From: an uncultured Acidimicrobiales bacterium
GTDB lineage: Bacteria; Actinomycetota; Acidimicrobiia; Acidimicrobiales; CADCSY01
Direction of reading: 5' to 3'
NCBI GenBank assembly: GCA_902805555.1
Contig: CADCSY010000092.1
Span: 14,048 to 78,047, forward strand
DNA length: 64,000 nt
A program made the position numbers and the translations under genes. The notes beneath the pieces were generated by a model that saw only the letters and a list, made by a program, of their open reading frames with translations, was not told where the DNA came from and made no database searches. Shown here one piece after another: positions 19,030 to 27,433 of this stretch (position 1 is its first letter; every line of letters begins with the position of its first letter).

Positions 19030-20178
19030 TCAGCTGGCGGCCACGGGCGTACGCGCCTCGGCCAGGAGGCCTTCGACGGGTCGGTCTGCGCTGGCGACGG
19101 GACGGGTGCCGTCGAGCAGCCCTGCCGCACGCAGGCGGGGCATGACGCCCTCGCCGAACCACCAGGCCTCCTCGAGGTGGGGCTGGCCGGAGAGGATGAC
19201 GTGGTCGAAGCCGAGCGCGTGGTACTCGGCGATCCGCTCGGCGACCTCCTCGTGGCTGCCCACCAGGGCGGTGCCCGCCCCGCCGCGGACGAGGCCGAAG
19301 CCGGCCCACAGGTTGGGAGCCACCACCAGCCGTGACCGCTCGCCGCCGTGCAGGGCCCGCATGCGGGCCTGTGCGACGGACTCGCTGGCTCGGAGGGCGC
19401 CCTGGGCGCGGGCGACCACGTCGTGCGGCATGGCGTCGAGCAGCCTGTCGGTGACGGCCCACGCCTCGGCGGCGGTGTCCCTCGAGATGACGTGGAGCCG
19501 GATGCCGAAGGTGACGGACCGGCCGGCGTGGGCGGCGAGGGCCCGGACCTCCTCGAGCTGCTGGGCGGCCTGGTCCTGGGGCTCACCCCACATGAGCCAC
19601 GTGTCGGCGTGGCGGACGGCCACCTGCTTGCCTGCAGCCGACGACCCGCCGAAGAAGATCGGGGGCGCCGGCACCGGGGCCCCGGCCACCGTGGCGCCCT
19701 CCACGCGGTAGTGCCTGCCGTGGTGGTCCATGTCGCCTCGCCACGCCCCCCGCAGCACCTCGATGAACTCGGCGGTCCTGTCGTAGCGCTCGTCGTGGTC
19801 GAGGAAGTCACCGAACCTGCGCTGCTCCTCGGGGCTCCCCCCGGTGACGACGTTGAGCAGCAGCCTGTCGCCGGAGAGGCGCTGGAAGGTGGCCGCCTGC
19901 TGGGCTGCGAGGGTCGGCGACACGAACCCGGGTCGGAAGGCCACGAGGAAGCGCAGCCGCTTCGTCTCCCGGATGAGGGCGGCGGTGGTGAGCCACGCGT
20001 CCTCGCAGTGCGTGCCGGTCGGCGTGAGCACGGCGTCGAACCCGACGGTCTCGGCCGCTCTTGCGACCTGGGACAGGTAGTCGAGGTCGGCGGGCCGCCT
20101 CGTGGCGCCGGGGCCGAAGCCGGCGACCTCACGGCTGTCGCCGGCCGTGGGGAGGAACCAGTGGAGGGAGAGCGCCAT
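19030..20178 (-). CDS. LLM-class flavin-dependent monooxygenase (SsuD/alkanesulfonate monooxygenase-like)
   Basis: HWFLPT.GD, CEDAW, FLVAFRPG, LLNVVTG, FFGGSS, PNLWAG...GGAGTALVGS, SGQPHLEE; ATG at 20178. Confidence 0.9.
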   Translation of the reverse strand: MALSLHWFLPTAGDSREVAGFGPGATRRPADLDYLSQVARAAETVGFDAVLTPTGTHCEDAWLTTAALIRETKRLRFLVAFRPGFVSPTLAAQQAATFQRLSGDRLLLNVVTGGSPEEQRRFGDFLDHDERYDRTAEFIEVLRGAWRGDMDHHGRHYRVEGATVAGAPVPAPPIFFGGSSAAGKQVAVRHADTWLMWGEPQDQAAQQLEEVRALAAHAGRSVTFGIRLHVISRDTAAEAWAVTDRLLDAMPHDVVARAQGALRASESVAQARMRALHGGERSRLVVAPNLWAGFGLVRGGAGTALVGSHEEVAERIAEYHALGFDHVILSGQPHLEEAWWFGEGVMPRLRAAGLLDGTRPVASADRPVEGLLAEARTPVAAS

Positions 20179-20359
20179 CGTGCACCTCGTCGTCGGAGTT
20201 GGCGGGGAACGCAGGTTCGCAAAGCCGACCGAACAAGTCAACAATGACCGGCGGCGCCCAGCGGCCGAGCCGGATGTGGGCAGGGGACGAGCCCCAGCGC
20301 CCCGTCAGGTACGCTCGCCCAGGAAGATCGGCGGGGATCCCAGGGATCCCGCCTGCCCT

Positions 20360-20431
20360 GCCCTCGTAGCTCAGCGGATAGAGCATCGCCCTCCGGAGGC
20401 GTGTGCGCAGGTTCGAGTCCTGCCGAGGGCG
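20360..20431 (+). tRNA. tRNA-Arg (anticodon CCG); CCA not encoded
   Basis: Acceptor GCCCTCG/CGAGGGC, D-arm GCTC/GAGC, anticodon loop CT-CCG-GA, T-arm GCAGG-TTCGAGT-CCTGC. Confidence 0.95.
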
Positions 20432-20725
20432 CAAGCACCGCCGCCGCAGAGGGCGTTGCCGATCCGGCTGCAGAGCCGGGCATGACACCAGGACGGAACC
20501 TCCGAGACGCTGGTGTCACGTCGAGGCCGAGAAGCACGCAGTCCCACCCGGCCACCACGCCCTTCGCCCTCTTCCGTCGACGAGGGGGTGCCCTCCCAGG
20601 CGCCACCTACCCCTGACGCTCGTCCGCGTCCGAGGCGCCGGATGTGCTACTGCTGTGGACGTCCCGCCGGCCGCAGCGCCGGTGGACGACTCGGGGCCGA
20701 ACCGGCCGAAGGGAGCGGGGGTCCC

Positions 20726-21916
20726 GTGCGTCGTACTGCCAAGGCACAGCATGGGGTGCGCTTCGGCATCGCGGGCGGATTGCTGCTCCTCGTGACGGCG
20801 GGGACGTGGTCGCAGCTGCTGCCAGACCCGTTCCCCTCGGGAGGCGCCGCCGTCGAAGCGACCTCGGCGGCCGGGAGTCCGACGACGGTGCCTGTCGCCA
20901 GGGCTGCGGCATGGGACGCGACACGGGAGCCGGTCGAAGGCATCTGGATCTCACGAGCGGAGCTGGCCCCCCTCGCCCGGTCGGGCGCTGCGTGGGAGCG
21001 GGTCAAGGCCGCCGCTGATGGTGACCTGGGTGTGGCGACCGTCGCCGACTTCAACGCGAACCACGACGTGCGCACGCTGGCGGTTGCCCTCGTCTACGGC
21101 GCCACCGGGGACGAGACGTATCGGAGCAAGGCGGCAGAGGCGATCATGGCCGTGATCGGCACGGAGGCGGCGGGAGAGGCCGTCATGCTCGGCCGGAACG
21201 TGGTCTCCTACGTCATCGCCGCCGACCTCATCGATCTCGCCTCCTTCGACCCCGCTCGCGAGGCGGCGTTCCGCGCCTGGATCGACCAGGCCAGGACCCG
21301 TCCGTTCCCCGACCGGACGATGATCGAGAACGACGAGCTGCGGACGAACAACCACGGGCGTGTCGCCGGCGCCGCCAGGGCGGCGATCGCCGTTTACCTC
21401 GACGACCAGGCCGAGCTCGATCGCACCGCCCGGGTCTTCAAGGGCTTCCTCGGGGACCAGCAGGCACACGTCGGCTTCGAGTACAAGAACGGCGTCACCT
21501 GGCAGTCCGATCCCGACGAACCGTCGGGGATCGTGCCCGTCGACGGGACGAAGGACGGGCACCTGATCGACGGCGCCCTGCCCGAGGAGATGCGGCGTGG
21601 CTGTGACTTCCAGTGGCCGCCGTGCCCCACCGGCTACCCGTGGGAAGGGCTCGGCGGCGTCGTCGTCGAGGCGGAGATCCTCTCCCGCGCCGGCTACGAC
21701 GCCTGGGAGTGGGAGGACAGGGCGATCCTTCGGTCGGTGACGTTCCTCGACCGCCTGGAGCGACAGCACGGGCAGTGGTGGGCCGCGGGTGACGACACCT
21801 GGCAGCCGTGGTTGCTGAACGAGGTGTACGACACCACGTTCCCCACCCTCGACGCCAACATCGGCAAGAACATGGGCTGGACCGACTGGATGTACCAGCA
21901 GCGCGAAGGCGGCTGA
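20726..21916 (+). CDS. Secreted/anchored alginate lyase-like protein
   Basis: N-terminal hydrophobic anchor; ALVYGATGDETY, NNHG motif, aromatic-rich C-terminus. Family call tentative. Confidence 0.55.
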   Translation: MRRTAKAQHGVRFGIAGGLLLLVTAGTWSQLLPDPFPSGGAAVEATSAAGSPTTVPVARAAAWDATREPVEGIWISRAELAPLARSGAAWERVKAAADGDLGVATVADFNANHDVRTLAVALVYGATGDETYRSKAAEAIMAVIGTEAAGEAVMLGRNVVSYVIAADLIDLASFDPAREAAFRAWIDQARTRPFPDRTMIENDELRTNNHGRVAGAARAAIAVYLDDQAELDRTARVFKGFLGDQQAHVGFEYKNGVTWQSDPDEPSGIVPVDGTKDGHLIDGALPEEMRRGCDFQWPPCPTGYPWEGLGGVVVEAEILSRAGYDAWEWEDRAILRSVTFLDRLERQHGQWWAAGDDTWQPWLLNEVYDTTFPTLDANIGKNMGWTDWMYQQREGG

Positions 21917-21972
21917 TCCTCGCGCCGACGATGCCGCCGCAGGGCCGACCTCGGCGACCCCCGGCGGCTTGC

Positions 21973-22341
21973 TCAGCGCGGCGACGAACCCGTCGTCACC
22001 AGTGCGAGGCAGGGCGGCGCCTGGTTGCGGATGAGGAGGAAGGAGGGCGGTGGCAGGCGCACCGAGAGCTGCCCGCCCCGATCGTGGAGCACCCGGGCCG
22101 CTCGCTCGATCTGTTCGAACGGCTGCACGCCCACGAACGGGCACGCCTCGAGGTCGACGACGAGGACGCCCCGTGCGAGGGCGAGCGCCGTCCGCAGCCC
22201 GTCGACGAGGAGGTCGGTCGTGCCGATGTCGAGATCCCCCGCCACCCGCAGCACGGTCATGCCGCCCTCGGGCTCGATGCGGATCACAGCACCTCGTTCG
22301 GGAGGCCGTCGCGTCCACCAGTCCGTCGTCCCCGCACGCAT
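21973..22341 (-). CDS. STAS domain protein (anti-sigma factor antagonist-like)
   Basis: VLRVAGDLDIGT...LVVDLEACPFVG...RGGQLSV; start 22341 or 22287. Confidence 0.65.
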   Translation of the reverse strand: MRAGTTDWWTRRPPERGAVIRIEPEGGMTVLRVAGDLDIGTTDLLVDGLRTALALARGVLVVDLEACPFVGVQPFEQIERAARVLHDRGGQLSVRLPPPSFLLIRNQAPPCLALVTTGSSPR

Positions 22342-22776
22342 CACGGCACGTCCTCCCTCACCCGCCTGCCGACAGGACCCACACGGCGCTGGGCGCGCAG
22401 CCGCGGAGCGGCGCGCCTCGCACCACTCCGGACTGCGAGCCATCGAGGTGGCTACCGACGCCGCTGCTGCGAGACGGTGATGATCATGGTCTTCCCCTGT
22501 CGGTAATGGGTTGGATGAGCGCTCGGGCAACCAGCGCACTGGGCGGGGGCTTCCGGCGAGGCTCACTGGTAGGTACGGCTCCGAGGCGTCCCCATGACGC
22601 AAGACCCGAGGAGACCGCTGCTCGCCCTGCGGGGGCGGTCCCTCGGGCTTCCACTGGGCGTCCCGCACCTCCATCGGCACGGGGGGCTCACGTCATGCGG
22701 ACAGCTCGAGCGTGTCTCAACGGATGACGGACGACGGTGGCCACCTCTCGGGGCGAGGTGGTGGAGGGAGCTCACC

Positions 22777-23727
22777 ATGCGGGTGGAGTCGATCGACCTC
22801 GGTGCAGCGGGGCGGGACATGGTGGTCTTGTTCAAGGACCGCCGGGGGGACCTGTGCGGACTCGACCTCGGTGGCCCGGAGACCCGTCACCGGTCCCTGC
22901 TGCGCCTCGTCGAGATGGCTGACGCCGAGATCGGTCTGCCGACGTTCGGGCCGCTCCTCCTCCACACGAGGGACCAGCCGGTGGGCACGCACGAGCGGCC
23001 GTGGCGGGCCTACTCGTTCTGCTCCTCGACCACCCACCTCGACGTGCCGGTCCCGGACTTCGTCTTCGGCGGCTGGCCCGAGGTCGGCATCCACGACTAC
23101 GACGAGACGTGTCGAGCGGTCGCGGCCGCAGGGGCGGCCCCCGCCGAGCTACCGGTGGCGGGCTGGGTCGGCAGCCTGGCCACCCACCCGATCCGGGCCG
23201 AGCTCCACCGGATCGGGTCGGAGCACCCGGCCCAGCTCGACGTGCAGCAGGTGGAGTGGGGACAGAGGAACGCAGACGGGGCGCAGCTCGGGACGGTCAC
23301 GGGCACCCACCTGTCGTTGGCCGACCAGGCGGCTCGGTGGGGTGCGCTCCTCGATGTCGAGGGTGCCGGCTACAGCGGCCGGCTCAAGCTCCTGCTCCAC
23401 GCCGGCCGGCCAGTGCTGGTCCAGGACCGGCCGTGGCACGAGTGGTGGCAGGAGGCCTTCCGGCCGATGGAGCACTACATCCCGGTGCGACGCGATCTCG
23501 GCGACCTGGTGGAGCGAGCGCGATGGGTGCAGGAGCACCCCTGCGAGGCTGCCGCCGTGGGTGCAGCCGGACAGGCCGTGGCGAAGCGGCTGCTCAGCCG
23601 CGCTTCGGCGGCCGAGCGCTGGGTCGCGGTCGCAGGGGCCCACGACAGCACGCTCGGCCCGTGGGCACCACCGGAGCTGCTGGGGGCCATCGAACCTCAC
23701 CTCGCCAGGATGGGCCTCATCAGTTGA
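22777..23727 (+). CDS. Glycosyltransferase family 90 (CAP10/LpsA-like) protein
   Basis: DVPVPDF, LLDVEGAGYSGRLKLLL, EWWQEAFRPMEHYIPVRRDLGDL; SD GGAGGGAG before ATG 22777. Confidence 0.75.
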   Translation: MRVESIDLGAAGRDMVVLFKDRRGDLCGLDLGGPETRHRSLLRLVEMADAEIGLPTFGPLLLHTRDQPVGTHERPWRAYSFCSSTTHLDVPVPDFVFGGWPEVGIHDYDETCRAVAAAGAAPAELPVAGWVGSLATHPIRAELHRIGSEHPAQLDVQQVEWGQRNADGAQLGTVTGTHLSLADQAARWGALLDVEGAGYSGRLKLLLHAGRPVLVQDRPWHEWWQEAFRPMEHYIPVRRDLGDLVERARWVQEHPCEAAAVGAAGQAVAKRLLSRASAAERWVAVAGAHDSTLGPWAPPELLGAIEPHLARMGLIS

Positions 23728-23815
23728 CTCCTCACGTGCCGCTCCCCGTGAGGGCCGGTCCCGGGTCGCCCCGTCTGGCAGCACGCTCCGTCACGACGGG
23801 TACCGTCACGGACGC

Positions 23816-24895
23816 GTGAGTGCCGGGCGTGAGGTCATCGACCAGGACGCTCGCCTCGACGGGTCGGACGGCCTCGCCGAGCTCACCGGGCTCATCCGCC
23901 GCGTCGTCGCCGGTCGGGTGGACAGCCGGGAGGCAGTCGACGACATCGTGCAGGAGACCGTTGCGCGCCTCCTCGCCGCGAGCCACCGGCTCGACGGTCG
24001 GGCGGTGGGGCCGTATGCGGTCGTCACCGCCCGGAACCTGGTGGCGTCGCAGTGGCGGAGGGCGGACACCGGCATGCGCCACGCGCACCGCCTGTTCGAT
24101 CCACGTGCCGCAGTGGCGCCCGACGAGGCGCTCCTCGAGCGTGAGGAGGCAGAGGCGATCCGCTCCGCGCTCGACCGCCTGTCACCGCGGGAGCGTGAGG
24201 TCCTGCTCGCCCACGAGGTGCACGGCCGCGACACGAGGTCGCTGGCCGACGAGCTCCACTCGACCCCCGGCGCCGTCGCCGCCCAGCTCAGCAGGTCCCG
24301 GGCGAAGCTGCGCGTCGAGTACCTCATCGAGCTCGATCGCGAGCCCCCGACCGGCCAGTGCCGGCCCGTCCTGCTCTCGCTGTCCGCTGGCGACAAGCGG
24401 CGGCAGTCGGAGCTCGACGCCGGTTACCACCTGCTCGACTGCGGCTACTGCGCTGCGCTCAGCGAGCCGCTGTTCGACCGGCGCGCAGCCGCCGCACCGG
24501 ACGAGGTGCGGGTGGCGGTGGAGGTGGACGCCGACATCGTCGTCGTCCGCCAGCGCGGGCGAGACCTGGCGATGCAGGCCGGCTTCTCCGCCGCCGAAGC
24601 CACCATGATCGCAACTGCGGTCTCGGAGATCGCCCGCAACATCGTCCGCTTCGCCCGCCGCGGGGAGGTCACGGTGACCGTCGCCACGGACGGCGACGCG
24701 ACGGGCGTGACGGTCGTCGCGCGCGACGCCGGTCCGGGGATCCCCGACATCGAACGTGCGCTGGAGCCGGGCTTCACCACCTACGGTGGTCGAGGCTTGG
24801 GGCTCCCCGGCTCCCGCAGGCTGATGGACGAGTTCGTCATCGTCTCCGATGTGGGGCGCGGCACCACCGTCACCATGACGAAGTGGCGTCGTTGA
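23816..24895 (+). CDS. ECF sigma-70 factor fused to a ZAS-like zinc motif and a C-terminal RsbT-type Ser/Thr kinase
   Basis: Sigma region 2 (DDIVQET...ARNLVASQWRR), region 4 (ALDRLSPREREVL...GAVAAQLSRSRAKLR), C...HLLDCGYC, then IATAVSEIARNI, DAGPGI, GLGLPGSRRLMDEF, GTTVTMTKW in one uninterrupted frame. Confidence 0.85.
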   Translation: MSAGREVIDQDARLDGSDGLAELTGLIRRVVAGRVDSREAVDDIVQETVARLLAASHRLDGRAVGPYAVVTARNLVASQWRRADTGMRHAHRLFDPRAAVAPDEALLEREEAEAIRSALDRLSPREREVLLAHEVHGRDTRSLADELHSTPGAVAAQLSRSRAKLRVEYLIELDREPPTGQCRPVLLSLSAGDKRRQSELDAGYHLLDCGYCAALSEPLFDRRAAAAPDEVRVAVEVDADIVVVRQRGRDLAMQAGFSAAEATMIATAVSEIARNIVRFARRGEVTVTVATDGDATGVTVVARDAGPGIPDIERALEPGFTTYGGRGLGLPGSRRLMDEFVIVSDVGRGTTVTMTKWRR

Positions 24896-24948
24896 GGCGG
24901 CGGGAGCGTGTCGTGTCAGTGCTCGAAGAACGGACCGAGGGAGTGGTG

Positions 24949-25848
24949 ATGGCTGAGCCAGAGCTGGATGACGAGTCAGAGCTGGATGACGTCGAACGTG
25001 CGGCACCGCGGGACGACCACCGCCTGCTGCCGGCGCTCGTGGCGCACCTGCGCGAGCACCGGACGGAGCTGCGCGAGGAGTGGGAGCGCCGCATCGAGAC
25101 GACCCACCTCCTGCAGGCGATGACACCGCACGAGGTCGGCTCGGAGACGACCTCCGTCTACGACAACTACGTGGAGGTGCTCGAGACCGGCAGCGTCGAC
25201 GCGCTGCAGCGCTACGCCCGGGACCTGTCGGAGCGCATCATCCCGCGGGGCGTGGAGACCCACGAGGTCGTGGGGATCGTCCTGCTCCTCCGCGACGTGC
25301 TCGCCCGCTCGCTGTTCCTCAAGTACCACGACGACTTCGACGTGCTCAACCGCGTGCTCGACGCCTACGAGCCCGCCGCCAACCGCATCGCCAACACCGT
25401 CGCCGTGAGCTTCGTCGAGGAGCGCGAGCGCATCATCCGCCAGCAGCAGGACGCCATCAGGGAGCTGTCCACCCCGGTGCTCCAGGTGCGCGAGCGCCTC
25501 CTCATCCTCCCCATCATCGGCGTCCTCGACAGCCAACGAGCCACGCAGCTCACCGACCAGCTGCTGCGCGGCATCCGGCTCAACCGCGCCAGGGTCGTCG
25601 TCATCGACATCACCGGCGTCCCCGACATCGACACGACCGTCGCCAACCACATCGTCGAGACGGTCGACGCCTCGAGGCTCATGGGTGCGAGCGTGATCAT
25701 CACCGGCCTCTCCCCGGAGATCGCGAGGACGCTGGTGACGATCGGCGTCGACCTCAGCAAGATGAACACGATCGGCGACCTGCAAGGCGGCATCGAGGAG
25801 GCGGAGCGACAGCTCGGCTTCCACGTGACCCGCTCCGAGGACAGCTGA
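24949..25848 (+). CDS. rsbR: Stressosome RsbR-family co-antagonist (N-terminal helical sensor + STAS)
   Basis: IRQQQDAIRELSTPVLQV, LPIIGVLDSQRA, IDITGVPDIDTTVANH, LMGASVIITGLSPEIA. Confidence 0.9.
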   Translation: MAEPELDDESELDDVERAAPRDDHRLLPALVAHLREHRTELREEWERRIETTHLLQAMTPHEVGSETTSVYDNYVEVLETGSVDALQRYARDLSERIIPRGVETHEVVGIVLLLRDVLARSLFLKYHDDFDVLNRVLDAYEPAANRIANTVAVSFVEERERIIRQQQDAIRELSTPVLQVRERLLILPIIGVLDSQRATQLTDQLLRGIRLNRARVVVIDITGVPDIDTTVANHIVETVDASRLMGASVIITGLSPEIARTLVTIGVDLSKMNTIGDLQGGIEEAERQLGFHVTRSEDS

Positions 25849-25874
25849 CCCGGCGGAACTGGGACACTGGACCC

Positions 25875-26276
25875 GTGTTCGTCTCGATCCTGCGCCAGGG
25901 CGACTTCCTGATCGCCTCCATCCACACGGCGCTCGACGACACGGAGCTGCTCCGCTTCCAGGAAGACCTCGTCACCCAGATCGGCACGTCCCGGGCACAG
26001 GGGATCGTCATCGACGTCGCCGCGCTCGACGTCCTCGACTCCTTCGCCTCGAGTGCCCTCCGCGACCTCGCCCAGATGGCCCGACTGCGGGGTGCTGCCA
26101 CCGTCATCGTCGGGATCCAACCGGATGTCGCCTTCGCCATCGTGCGACTGGGGATGGAGCTGGACATCCACACGGCACTGGGCCTCGAGGAGGGGTTGGC
26201 GTACCTGGAGAGCGTCACGTCGGGCAACCGGGCCGGCGGCTCCGCCCTCGGCGCGCTGCGCGGCGTCGACCGCTGA
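25875..26276 (+). CDS. rsbS: Stressosome RsbS-family antagonist (single STAS)
   Basis: VSILRQGDFLIASIH, GIVIDVAALDVLDSF, LRGAATVIVGIQPDVA, TALGLEEGL. Confidence 0.88.
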   Translation: MFVSILRQGDFLIASIHTALDDTELLRFQEDLVTQIGTSRAQGIVIDVAALDVLDSFASSALRDLAQMARLRGAATVIVGIQPDVAFAIVRLGMELDIHTALGLEEGLAYLESVTSGNRAGGSALGALRGVDR

Positions 26277-26446
26277 GCGCGAGCCCCACCGTCGACCACG
26301 TCGGGACGGGGGTCCTCCACGGGAGCTCGACGCCACCCGACCGGCACTTGCGCAGCTCCCGCGTCATGCGCGCCGGTCGAACACGTCTCACTGGGTGACG
26401 AGACGAGCGGCCGCCGGGTGGCGGTGGTGCGACCGGGGGGATCCAC

Positions 26447-26737
26447 GTGGGCGCGTTCACAGAGGTGCGGCGGTGGGAGCGCGGGCTGTCCTGCGTCGAC
26501 GGGCAGGTGTACCGCCAGCTCGCAGCGGGTGCCGACGAGTTCCTCGTCGTGGTGCGGGCATCCGACTTCCCGGCGGCGATGGCGGACGTGCTCCCCCAGG
26601 TCGTCCAGTACCTCGACGGGTTCGACGTGCTCGTGACCGGCGTGCGCGTCCAGGGTGCGACCGCCCACGTCCGGGTCCGACAGCGCACGACGAACCACAC
26701 GGTGTGCACCCGACCCTCGCACCCCGGACTGCGGTAG
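26447..26737 (+). CDS. Hypothetical protein (96 aa)
   Basis: GC3-rich ORF with protein-like composition; GGGGGA upstream; no family recognised. Confidence 0.5.
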   Translation: MGAFTEVRRWERGLSCVDGQVYRQLAAGADEFLVVVRASDFPAAMADVLPQVVQYLDGFDVLVTGVRVQGATAHVRVRQRTTNHTVCTRPSHPGLR

Positions 26738-26753
26738 CGGGAGGGAGCACCGT

Positions 26754-26775
26754 GCGCCCCGATGATCCGGGGCGC
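26754..26775. terminator. GC-rich hairpin between convergent genes
   Basis: GCGCCCCG-ATGATC-CGGGGCGC; no U-tract. Confidence 0.35.
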
Positions 26776-26783
26776 TCCGTCTC

Positions 26784-27329
26784 CTACTGACCGGGCCACC
26801 CGGGGATGCCGGGGTCGAGCTCCACGCCGGCCGAGTTCAAGAAGCCGGAGACGAGCCGGTAGAACCCGGCCAGCACGAGGAGCTCGACGAGCTGGGTCTG
26901 GGTCCACCGCTCGGCGAGCCCCTCCCACGTGCGGTCGGCCACCTTGTCGTCGGCGTGGAGGTCGTCCGCCATCGCCACCAGCAGGCGGTCGGCGTCGTCC
27001 CATCCGTCGAGCGAGTCCTCGGTCAGCCGGACGATCTCCTCGTCGGTCAGCCCCGCCTGGCGGCCGAGCACCGTGTGCTGCCCGAACTCGTACACAGACC
27101 CGGCCCGCCATCCGACCCGGAGGATCACGATCTCCCGCTCGCGTGGCGGGAAGCCCTTCCCCGACAGCAGGAAGCCGCCCATGTGGAGGACGGCTTCCAG
27201 CATCTTCGGGGCGTGGGCCAGCGTGGCGAAGATGTTGAGCGGCGGTCGGTCACCGAAGGCCGTCGCCAGCGTGGCGGCTGCCTCCGGGCCCGGGTCGGTG
27301 AGGGGTGCGATGCGCGGTCGATCTGCCAT
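26784..27329 (-). CDS. Carboxymuconolactone decarboxylase (AhpD-like) family protein
   Basis: LNIFATLAH, REREIVILRVG...YEFGQH, LVELLVLAGFY. Confidence 0.85.
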   Translation of the reverse strand: MADRPRIAPLTDPGPEAAATLATAFGDRPPLNIFATLAHAPKMLEAVLHMGGFLLSGKGFPPREREIVILRVGWRAGSVYEFGQHTVLGRQAGLTDEEIVRLTEDSLDGWDDADRLLVAMADDLHADDKVADRTWEGLAERWTQTQLVELLVLAGFYRLVSGFLNSAGVELDPGIPGWPGQ

Positions 27330-27433
27330 CCGGGCAGTCTCCCCCGCCGGAACCCGGTCCGCCGGATCCCGGCCCGCCTGCACGTCGCACGGCAGCTGGC
27401 CCCTGCCGGGAGCGCCTCGGTAGGTTCCGTGCC

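Noticed and set aside
22712-23815. N-terminal extension of the sigma-RsbT ORF (727-aa call)
   Set aside because: Low-complexity shadow over the GT90 gene; protein-like sequence starts near GTG 23816.
24959-24991. 18-bp tandem duplication at the rsbR 5' end (ELDDES-ELDD)
   Set aside because: In-frame duplication in an acidic, probably disordered N-terminus; no evidence of function.
20400-26800. Integrative element or prophage at tRNA-Arg
   Set aside because: No integrase, phage genes or direct repeat of the tRNA 3' end found; kept only as a candidate islet.
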